Assembly (NCBI GenBank): GCA_040380025.1
Contig: JBEIJY010000033.1
Location: 1 to 27,699, forward strand
DNA: 27,699 nt
Direction of reading: 5' to 3'
From: Bdellovibrionales bacterium
GTDB taxonomy: Bacteria > Bdellovibrionota > UBA1018 > CAIMNF01
The translations under genes were made by a program, and so were the position numbers. This document shows positions 17,308-25,271 of the stretch, one piece after another. Every line of letters starts with the position of its first letter. Within the stretch, counting starts at the first letter, position 1. The notes under the pieces were generated by a model, which was given only the letters and a program-made list of their open reading frames with translations, made no database searches and had not been told where the DNA came from.

Positions 17308-18816
17308 ATGAGCACACGATTTCTTTTTTCCGCCGCATGCGCGATCTTGTTCCTCACTGGCTGCGAATCCGCCAAACGAGCGGCGAATTTGATCGAGACC
17401 CTGTCCCCTCCGCTCGCCGCGAACAACGTTCCTCTTTCTTTGGCTTCGGTTTCTCCCGCCCGAAGCGGACCGGGTGCCAGGATCACTCTGTCGGGAACGG
17501 GGTTTCAAACCGGAGCGACTGTGCAAATCGGAGGGATGAATGCGCAAGTGGATTCTTTGACCTCGACGAGCATCGTGGTTCGGGTTCCCGATCTTCCGGA
17601 AGGGAACACGGACATCCGGGTCATCAACCCGGATCTGGCAGAAGCACAACTCCCCTCGTCGGCTCTTCATGTTTCGTGGGTAACGCAAATCGCAACCTCG
17701 TCCACCCATAGCTGCACTGTGGTGAATCAGGAAATTCAGTGCTGGGGGCAAAACACTCATGGACAACTCGGGAACGGAGTGCCATTTGCCTCCGATCCGA
17801 ATCCGAATCCAGCGGTGTTCGTCCCTCTGCCCGTGAAAGTTCTCGGAATCAACGGCGGAGTCACGGGAATCGCTCTTGGCATGTCCCACACTTGTGCAAT
17901 TGTCAACGGACTCGTGAAATGCTGGGGGCGCGCCAGCAGTGGTCAACTCGGCAACGATCCTGTTGGGAACGACAATTTTCCTCCATCCACTCCTGTCACG
18001 GTTCTGGGGCTTGCCAACGTGACCTCGATCGCCGCTGCCATGAGCACCACGTGCGCCGTGGCGAATGGTGGCGTTTATTGCTGGGGAGGAGGAAGCCTTC
18101 TTGGGAACGGAGGGGATTCGGGGAATGAGTCAGCCAGAGTTCCCGTGGCTCTGACTGCGTTAAGTTCGGGGGTTCAGAAAATCGTATCCGGCGGAGGCAT
18201 GAGTTTCTGGTTCTGCGCTCTCGTGTCCGGAGCGGTTTGGTGTTGGGGGCAGAACGGAATGCTCGGCGACGGCTCAATTGATCAAACCCTCATGACGCCC
18301 TTCGAGGTTCCGGGCGTCATGGAAAGCTTTGTTCCCGTTCCGGTGACCGGTCTTCAGGCGGGAGTGACGGACCTTTGGCTGGGCGGGAATAACGCTTGTG
18401 CAAAAGTGGGAGCTCAAGTGAAGTGTTGGGGCTCCGGCGGATTCCACATGCTTCAGAACGGCTCCACGGATGACGTGTACATTGCCCGAACCGCAACAGG
18501 CCTCCCGTCCCTTCCGAACGCATTGGCTTTTGGTGGAGTCCACGGCTGCGGTGTTTTCTCGGGAGCCGCAAAATGTTGGGGGGCGAATGTGGAAGGCAGT
18601 CTCGGAAACGGGTCTCCTCCAGCTTCGATTTCTTCGGTTCCGGTCGATGTGACCGGCCTCTCCTCCGGCGTGCAAGCTATTCAGAGCAGTTACAACCATG
18701 TTTGTGCGATCAAGAATGGCGGGCTTTACTGCTGGGGATTGGGGAGTAATTCAGGCTTGGGCAACGGATCCCTCGGTACGGCCTTTACCCCGGTGGTTCC
18801 ATTGCTGCAGTGGTGA
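17308..18816 (+). CDS. Lipoprotein with IPT/TIG domain and RCC1/BLIP-II-like beta-propeller repeats
   Basis: Lipobox LFLTGC; VSPARSGPGARITLSGTGF (IPT/TIG); repeated H(T/S)CA...(K/Y)CWG.N..GQLG.G units; AAGGA RBS. Confidence 0.88.
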   Translation: MSTRFLFSAACAILFLTGCESAKRAANLIETLSPPLAANNVPLSLASVSPARSGPGARITLSGTGFQTGATVQIGGMNAQVDSLTSTSIVVRVPDLPEGNTDIRVINPDLAEAQLPSSALHVSWVTQIATSSTHSCTVVNQEIQCWGQNTHGQLGNGVPFASDPNPNPAVFVPLPVKVLGINGGVTGIALGMSHTCAIVNGLVKCWGRASSGQLGNDPVGNDNFPPSTPVTVLGLANVTSIAAAMSTTCAVANGGVYCWGGGSLLGNGGDSGNESARVPVALTALSSGVQKIVSGGGMSFWFCALVSGAVWCWGQNGMLGDGSIDQTLMTPFEVPGVMESFVPVPVTGLQAGVTDLWLGGNNACAKVGAQVKCWGSGGFHMLQNGSTDDVYIARTATGLPSLPNALAFGGVHGCGVFSGAAKCWGANVEGSLGNGSPPASISSVPVDVTGLSSGVQAIQSSYNHVCAIKNGGLYCWGLGSNSGLGNGSLGTAFTPVVPLLQW

Positions 18817-18956
18817 AGCCCATTCCAGGATCGCGCCCGTGTCACCCCTGACCCGATTCTGAAGATCCGGTCATTCCCGACACATCTTCCGGAGCACCCC
18901 CCGCTTTGAGATCATGGAGTAAAGGAGAAATGCTGACCCGGATGATGAAACATCGT

Positions 18957-18983
18957 TAACGTTTTGATCGGTTTCCCCGAAGA
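18957..18983 (+). promoter_or_regulatory. Possible sigma28 (FliA)-type promoter
   Basis: TAAC-N15-CCCGAAGA versus consensus TAAA-N15-GCCGATAA; partial match only. Confidence 0.35.
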
Positions 18984-18986
18984 GCT

Positions 18987-20060
18987 ATGCGAATGCCTCT
19001 GTGTCTGGCGAGAAAACCTTTCGTATGGCTCCTGATGCTGGCGATCCAGACCCTCGCGGGTCATGCGGAATCAGCAGGAGCCAGTGCTCCGGACGTTCAC
19101 ATCGTCCGTGAGGGGGAGGTGCTTTCGCGTATGGCGCAGAGGTATTTCGGGAGACCCATTTATACCCGAAGCGGAGCCTTGAAAAAAATCCTGTCGCTGA
19201 ATCCGGGCCTTGAGCCTCCTTTTCGGATCTATCCGGGCCAATCCATTCGCGTCGGGGGTGATTCGGAGGATGAGACCCAGCCCCTCCCGAGTGACCGGAA
19301 ACCATCGGGAACAGAGCCGCAGACACAACCAGAAGCACGGACACTGCCACAACCACAGCCACAGCCCCGAGACGCGTTTCGGGCCGCGAACTCAATCGAA
19401 GTCGCTCCGGCTTGGGAATTCTTTCGCATCGACGGGTTTGATCCGGTGAATCTCGGCCGGGCCGCGATCCTGTCAAGAACCCATCTGAATGTGCCGGTTT
19501 TTTGGCGGCAGCACTGGTCGCGATCTTCCTCGAGCTACGTTCGATTCCGCGTTTCCCACACCACGTTCGACCCGAATGCCTCTACGGTGCTGACCACCGG
19601 GGCCCTCACCCAGTACGGATTCGCGATGGGGGGCCGCCATGAATGGGCACGGGGACAGTTCATCGGGGGCGAGGCGTCTTTGGATCAGCGTCCGTTTTTT
19701 GCCGCTCCGAACATCAGCAGCGTCGCCATTCAATCCGTGATCATTCCCCGGATCGCTGTCCGGTCTGAAACCACGCTCGCGCAGACGGATCCGTTTCGTT
19801 TCGGGTTTCACCTTGAGGGCGGATTCCTGCTTCCTTCGTATTCCTCGTCGTACTCCATTCGATCAGGGTACGAATACGGAGGAGGATTGTTTCTTGAGCA
19901 ATCCTTTGAACGCTCCCTGATCGGTGCCAGCATTTCCTTCAAGCAAGCCCAACAAGACTCGTCGATCGTAGAGCAAAACATCACAACCCTCGGATTCGGC
20001 CTTCATTACCGGATCCGCTTTGAACTGTCGCAACCATCATCCAAAGAAGGGGGAAGTTAA
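18987..20060 (+). CDS. LysM-domain protein with Pro/Gln linker and C-terminal outer-membrane beta-barrel
   Basis: Signal peptide; HIVREGEVLSRMA...ILSLNPGLEPPFRIYPGQSIRV (LysM); PQPQPQP linker; alternating amphipathic strands ending LGFGLHYRIRF. Start 18987 or 18993. Confidence 0.78.
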   Translation: MRMPLCLARKPFVWLLMLAIQTLAGHAESAGASAPDVHIVREGEVLSRMAQRYFGRPIYTRSGALKKILSLNPGLEPPFRIYPGQSIRVGGDSEDETQPLPSDRKPSGTEPQTQPEARTLPQPQPQPRDAFRAANSIEVAPAWEFFRIDGFDPVNLGRAAILSRTHLNVPVFWRQHWSRSSSSYVRFRVSHTTFDPNASTVLTTGALTQYGFAMGGRHEWARGQFIGGEASLDQRPFFAAPNISSVAIQSVIIPRIAVRSETTLAQTDPFRFGFHLEGGFLLPSYSSSYSIRSGYEYGGGLFLEQSFERSLIGASISFKQAQQDSSIVEQNITTLGFGLHYRIRFELSQPSSKEGGS

Positions 20061-20063
20061 GCC

Positions 20064-23000
20064 ATGACTCTTCTTTGGAATCGGTTGAATCCGGTTTGCA
20101 CGGGACTTCTCGCACTCATGGTCACGGCCTGCTCGAATCCGCTCGGCTCGAGCATCAAGATCGCTGAGACATTCCGCCCGGGGATCCTGGTCTCCGAACC
20201 AGTGAGCGCGACCCCGATCACGGGATTTTCTTATGGGGGCAGCAGTTTCGTTTTCACAAAAAACACCGCCATCGCGACTCTTACGCCTGTTTTCAACTCG
20301 GGGACTCCGACCGGGTTCTCGGTTGCTCCTTCGCTTCCGGCAGGTCTCGTTCTGAACCCGACGACGGGGGTGATTTCCGGAACTCCCTCGTCGATCTCAG
20401 CACCCAGCAGTTACACGGTAACCGCCACAGGTGGCTCAGGAAACGCCTCGACGGTTTTCTCGCTTTCCGTGCAAGGAACCGATCCTGCACAGAGCACCGT
20501 CGCCGAATCAGTGGCATCGGTCACCGCAGACGGCACCTCGAGTGCGACGGTCACGGTCACTCTTCGGGATGCAACGGGTAATCCGGTTCCAGGACAGAGT
20601 GTTTCTCTCGCATCGTCTCGCGGGGCCACCGATACGATCCAAACTCTCTCTGGAACCACAAACATCTCGGGCGTCGCGACCTTCCGCGTGACCTCCACAA
20701 CCAGCGGTTCGTCGATCTTTACGGCAACCGACGCCTCGGACTCGGTCGTAGTCACCGACACCGCCTCGGTTGTATTCTTACCGGGCCCTGCCACGAGCTT
20801 CATCCTCACAGGGCCCAACAGCGCCACCGCCGGCACTTCTCAAACCCTGACCGTCGCGGCGTTAGATGCTCATTCGAATCCCGCGAGCACGTTCGTAGGA
20901 ACCGTGACCCTGAGCAGCTCGGATGGCGCGGCAATGCTGGGTGCTCCTGCAACCCTTACTGCGGGAGTCGGCGCATTTTCGGTGTCTTTGCGAACTGCGG
21001 GATCGCAGACTGTGACTGCCTCCTCGGGTGCCCTTTCGGCAACGACCTCTGCAGTCACCATTTCTCCTGCCTCACTCGCCTCGCTTCAGTTCTCGACGCA
21101 GCCATCGTCGGGCGTGAGTGGCATCACCCTCCCGACCCAACCTGTGGTCAGGGCCTATGATGCGTATCAAAACCTGCGCAGCAATGATTTCGCATCCCTC
21201 GTCACTCTTTCTGCCTTTTCGTCGAACACTTGCTCCGGCACTCCGGTTACGGAGGCTCTGAGCGTCGATGCAAACCCGATTCCGGTCTCAGCGGGAACCG
21301 CAAGTTTTAGCGGTGTCGCTCTCGCGAACCCATCCGTCACCCGACTCAAGGCCACGAGCGGCGCTGTTTCGGTCTGTTCGGATGCAATATCGATCGCTTC
21401 TGGACAAATTTCTTCAATCGAGTTCCAAGTGCAGCCCGCTTCCACCGGAAATACCGACACCCCCCTTGCGATCCAGCCTGCAGTCCGCTTGATGGACGTT
21501 TCTGGAAACGTCATCACGGACGACTCGAGCACCCTGATCACCCTGAGTGCGCACTCGGATTCGACCTGTACGGGTGCCGCGATTGCCAGTTCCGTATCCG
21601 GCGCATCTGCAACTGCGTCGTCCGGCGTTGCGACCTTCAGCTCATTCCAGGTCCTGAAAACCGATGCAATCCGGATCAAAGCGAGTGACGGCATTCACAC
21701 GGCTTGCTCGGACCCGATCACGATCGCGCCCGGTGCCGCTCATCACATCGCTTTTGCAACCCAGCCTTCGGGCACGAATACGGCGGGATCCGCCTTCGGA
21801 ACCCAGCCTGTGGTCGCAGTCTACGACTTCCATAACAACTTGCTGAGCGGGCTCTCGACCGGATCGGTCTCGCTTGCGATTTCCGCAGGCTCCATCGCCT
21901 CAGGCGGGACCGCTGCGATCTCAGGAGGTTCTGCCTCGTTCTCGGGCCTTCAGGTGAACTCAGGCGGAACGAACCTCACGTTTACTGCAACCTATGGAGC
22001 TCTCTCGGCGACCTCAAACGCATTCACGGTAAACGCAGGAGCCTATTCCGCGGCGCAATCCGAGGTTTCTCTCTCGGCAAACGCGGTCGATTCGGGCTCC
22101 ACAGTCACCGCGACCCTCACCGCGAAAGACGCGTACGGAAACCCGAACCCTTCGGGCCTTCCTGCGCTGGGATCGATTGCCTTCAACTCGACTGCCATCG
22201 GAGGAACCGGCACCTTCGGCGCCATCACGAATGCGGGAACGGGCGTCTACACCGCTTCGTTCACGGGCGCGGTTGCAGGATCAGTCACAATCGGGGCAAG
22301 CATCTCGGGAACATCTGTCGGGACGAGTGCAAATCTTACTGTGAACCCGGGCACAGCCTCGACTCTGGCCTTCACCACGCAGCCGTCGAGCCCGAACGCT
22401 GCAGGATCGGCCTTCGGCACTCAGCCTGTGGTGACCGTTAGGGACGCGCAAGGAAACACGGTCACGAGCTCGAGTGCATCGATTACCATCGCGATCGGCA
22501 CGAACCCGGGCGCAGGGGCCTTATCGGGGACCGCGACCGTGAGCGCGGTGAATGGGGTTGCAACCTTCAGTGGACTCTCGATCAATAAGTCGGGAACCGG
22601 TTATACCCTCTCTGCAACGAGCGCAGGCCTTTCAAGCGCCACGAGCTCGACCTTCACCATTCAGGCAGGTGCTGCCACGACTCTTGCCTTCACTACACAG
22701 CCGTCGAGTCCGAACACCGCGGGATCGGCCTTCGGAACCCAGCCCGTTGTGACGGTACAAGACTCAAACGGCAACACCGTCACGACCTCAACCGCATCGA
22801 TCACCATCGCCATCGGCACCAACCCCGGCTCAGGGGCCTTATCGGGTACTGCGACCGTGAGCGCGGTGAACGGCATTGCGACCTTCAGTGGACTCTCGAT
22901 CAATAAATCCGGCATTGGCTACACTCTCTCTGCCTCAAGTGCAGGCCTCACAAGCGCCACAAGCTCCACGTTCACCATTCAGGCAGGGGCCGCGACAACT

Positions 23001-25229
23001 CTGGCCTTCACCACACAGCCCTCAAGCCCGAACACCGCGGGATCGGCCTTCGGAACCCAACCAGTTGTGACGGTACAAGACTCAAACGGCAACACCGTCA
23101 CGACCTCAACCGCGTCGATTACCATCGCCATCGGCACCAACCCCGGCCCAGGCACCTTGTCGGGAACCGCGACCGTGAGCGCGGTGAACGGCATTGCGAC
23201 CTTCAGTGGACTCTCGATCAATAAAACGGGAACGGGCTACACTTTGAGCGCCTCCAGCACAGGCCTAGCAAGTGCAACCAGCTCCACGTTCAATATCAAC
23301 CCGGGCGTTGCGGCGAGTCTCGTCTTCACCACCCAGCCCGCTGGGGCAACCGCAGGTTCGGCATTTACTTCTCAACCTGCGGTCATCATCCGGGACTCAT
23401 CGGGGAATACTGTGACCTCAGGAACAGATGCCACAGCAACACTCACCATGTCGATCGCGTCCGGAACCGGCACACTGTCTGGCACCACCTCGGTTACCGC
23501 AGTCGGCGGGGTTGCGATCTGGTCCGGGCTTTCGATCAATACGATCGGATCAAAGACGCTCCAAGTCTCGAAGCCGAATCTGATCGGATCCGGCGGCGGA
23601 GGAGCACTCACTGCGAACTCGAATTCCTTCTATAACGAAGTCGCAGTCACCTTTCAGGGCTGGACCGGAATCAAAGCCGTGGGAGCAAGAACACCCGCGG
23701 CAGGAGCCACTGACCTGGTCTCCGCAGCGGCCTCGGTCACGCTGACCTGGAGCGCAGTGACCGTTGCTCCGACAGACACCATATCGAGCTACAACATCTA
23801 CCGCTCCACCAGCTCCGGCGGGCAAAACTACGCATCCCCACTTGTCACTGGCATCAGCGCCTCGACCCGGACCTATACCGATTCGAACGTCACGGGAGGA
23901 ACAACCTACTATTACACGATCGCGCCAGTGATGAACGGATCGGGCTCTGCGGTCGAGCCCCAAAGCGCAAGCGATAAAGAGATCAAAATCATCGCGCCGC
24001 CCGCGAACATGGTCCTTTTGCATCGCTGGGCCGCTAACCGCGAGATGTGTGTCGAGCTCATGGGCAAGACCTCGGACCGCACCAACCACTACCGCTGTTC
24101 GGTTGCAACGGGCGCGAATGCGCCTCCGGGAACCGGAAACACCGGGTTCGTTGACCTCGGATCGTCCATCTTTGTCGACACCTACGGACAAGGCTGCAAT
24201 TACACCGCAACCAACACTTGCACCGACTCGACCGTAAACGGGGGAGCAGCAGCACCCTGCATCGGCACTCGCTCGACCCCGGTCGGAAACGTCACTGCAC
24301 CCTCGGGAACGGTGTATTACAGCCGCGCCAATGCCACCTGTTACATCAATACCAGCTCTGGCAGCGGAACCTCCTGGACCGATGCGAACTCGACCATGAC
24401 CGCCAATCGAAGGACCATGGGCGCGAACTCGCCGGGGCTTCCTCCATTGGTTTGGGTCAGTCAGCTCCAGGGCCATGAGGTCTGTGGCGGACAAACCGTG
24501 AGCGGATTTGCAGGGACAAAGCGACTTTTAAGAAGAAAAGAGCAACTGATGGTTTCAGCATGGGATTCGAGCTGGTCCCACGCCACGATCGACAGCACCG
24601 AATATTCGGCCACAAGTCTGCTCACGACGAACGGATGCAATACCAACTCCGCGAACGGCCTCACTTTCGACGACACCCGAACACCGGGCACTCTCGACAC
24701 GCTTCCTTCCACCCTGACTCTCGGGCTGAAAACCCTTCGAATCGGCAACACCACCACAACCGGTTGTGTTTCGCGCTATGGAGCGCAGGACATGGTCGGA
24801 AATGTCCTGCAATGGGTTTCAGAACAAATCACCTGTACCAGCCTTCCCTGCACCGGCAGAACTTCCACCACGGATGCCACAAACGATGACTTGAACGGCG
24901 TTCTTTTTAACGGAACGCAGGGCCCGAACACCTCGAACCTTCTTTTTTCGACCAACGGAAGGATTCAATTCCCCCTCGGGATTCCCATCATCAGCGCAAG
25001 TTTTGCGGGCGACGGGGTCATCACCTGGAGCGGAAGCGGGACCGCGAACGAGTTTCATGGGGACCGATTTTTCCTTACAGGCAGTGCGACCAGAGGAATG
25101 CTGACGGGCGGTGCCACATCCGGAACCTACGGGGGCACGAACGCAGGGAGATACTTGATGCAGTTTGTATGGGCGGAGACCTACTCCGCGTCCAACGTCG
25201 GATTCCGGTGTGCCCTACAGGCGGATTGA
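20064..25229 (+). CDS. Giant surface lipoprotein/adhesin (1721 aa): He_PIG, invasin-type Big domain, tandem Ig-like repeats, FN3-like domain, C-terminal FGE/Mtd-type C-type lectin fold
   Basis: Lipobox MVTAC (Cys23); LPAGLVLNPTTGVISGTP (He_PIG); ADGTSSATVTVTLRDATGNPVPGQ (Big_1); LAFTTQPS repeats; LTWSAV..SYNIYRS..YYYTI (FN3); GAQDMVGNVLQW...VGFRC terminus. Confidence 0.88.
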   Translation: MTLLWNRLNPVCTGLLALMVTACSNPLGSSIKIAETFRPGILVSEPVSATPITGFSYGGSSFVFTKNTAIATLTPVFNSGTPTGFSVAPSLPAGLVLNPTTGVISGTPSSISAPSSYTVTATGGSGNASTVFSLSVQGTDPAQSTVAESVASVTADGTSSATVTVTLRDATGNPVPGQSVSLASSRGATDTIQTLSGTTNISGVATFRVTSTTSGSSIFTATDASDSVVVTDTASVVFLPGPATSFILTGPNSATAGTSQTLTVAALDAHSNPASTFVGTVTLSSSDGAAMLGAPATLTAGVGAFSVSLRTAGSQTVTASSGALSATTSAVTISPASLASLQFSTQPSSGVSGITLPTQPVVRAYDAYQNLRSNDFASLVTLSAFSSNTCSGTPVTEALSVDANPIPVSAGTASFSGVALANPSVTRLKATSGAVSVCSDAISIASGQISSIEFQVQPASTGNTDTPLAIQPAVRLMDVSGNVITDDSSTLITLSAHSDSTCTGAAIASSVSGASATASSGVATFSSFQVLKTDAIRIKASDGIHTACSDPITIAPGAAHHIAFATQPSGTNTAGSAFGTQPVVAVYDFHNNLLSGLSTGSVSLAISAGSIASGGTAAISGGSASFSGLQVNSGGTNLTFTATYGALSATSNAFTVNAGAYSAAQSEVSLSANAVDSGSTVTATLTAKDAYGNPNPSGLPALGSIAFNSTAIGGTGTFGAITNAGTGVYTASFTGAVAGSVTIGASISGTSVGTSANLTVNPGTASTLAFTTQPSSPNAAGSAFGTQPVVTVRDAQGNTVTSSSASITIAIGTNPGAGALSGTATVSAVNGVATFSGLSINKSGTGYTLSATSAGLSSATSSTFTIQAGAATTLAFTTQPSSPNTAGSAFGTQPVVTVQDSNGNTVTTSTASITIAIGTNPGSGALSGTATVSAVNGIATFSGLSINKSGIGYTLSASSAGLTSATSSTFTIQAGAATTLAFTTQPSSPNTAGSAFGTQPVVTVQDSNGNTVTTSTASITIAIGTNPGPGTLSGTATVSAVNGIATFSGLSINKTGTGYTLSASSTGLASATSSTFNINPGVAASLVFTTQPAGATAGSAFTSQPAVIIRDSSGNTVTSGTDATATLTMSIASGTGTLSGTTSVTAVGGVAIWSGLSINTIGSKTLQVSKPNLIGSGGGGALTANSNSFYNEVAVTFQGWTGIKAVGARTPAAGATDLVSAAASVTLTWSAVTVAPTDTISSYNIYRSTSSGGQNYASPLVTGISASTRTYTDSNVTGGTTYYYTIAPVMNGSGSAVEPQSASDKEIKIIAPPANMVLLHRWAANREMCVELMGKTSDRTNHYRCSVATGANAPPGTGNTGFVDLGSSIFVDTYGQGCNYTATNTCTDSTVNGGAAAPCIGTRSTPVGNVTAPSGTVYYSRANATCYINTSSGSGTSWTDANSTMTANRRTMGANSPGLPPLVWVSQLQGHEVCGGQTVSGFAGTKRLLRRKEQLMVSAWDSSWSHATIDSTEYSATSLLTTNGCNTNSANGLTFDDTRTPGTLDTLPSTLTLGLKTLRIGNTTTTGCVSRYGAQDMVGNVLQWVSEQITCTSLPCTGRTSTTDATNDDLNGVLFNGTQGPNTSNLLFSTNGRIQFPLGIPIISASFAGDGVITWSGSGTANEFHGDRFFLTGSATRGMLTGGATSGTYGGTNAGRYLMQFVWAETYSASNVGFRCALQAD
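22356..23309 (+). repeat. Three near-identical 318-bp (106-aa) Ig-like tandem repeats, followed by a diverged fourth unit
   Basis: The ACTCT(G/T)GCC anchor occurs at 22362, 22680 and 22998, with diverged AGTCTCGTC at 23316, giving an exact 318-bp period. Confidence 0.92.
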
Positions 25230-25234
25230 ATGAT

Positions 25235-25261
25235 TCAACAAATCAAGAGCTCCTCCGATAA
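25235..25261 (+). promoter_or_regulatory. sigma28 (FliA)-type promoter upstream of the second adhesin
   Basis: TCAA-N15-TCCGATAA, with exact 15-nt spacing and a 7/8 match to the GCCGATAA -10 element, inside a 42-bp intergenic gap. Confidence 0.6.
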
Positions 25262-25271
25262 AGCATAAGCC

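Noticed and set aside
17262..18889. 11-bp direct repeat GACACATCTTC (17262 and 18879) flanking the RCC1 lipoprotein gene as an insertion scar
   Set aside because: Short enough to occur by chance, with no integrase or terminal repeats. It may only reflect the TGACA-type motif noted above.
22356..23309. CRISPR array or non-coding repeat
   Set aside because: The units are 318 bp, in-frame coding repeats with no spacers, and there are no cas genes.
23550..24494. 314-aa minus-strand ORF and other reverse ORFs within the adhesin genes
   Set aside because: Antisense shadows caused by Thr/Ser/Ala/Gly-rich codon usage.
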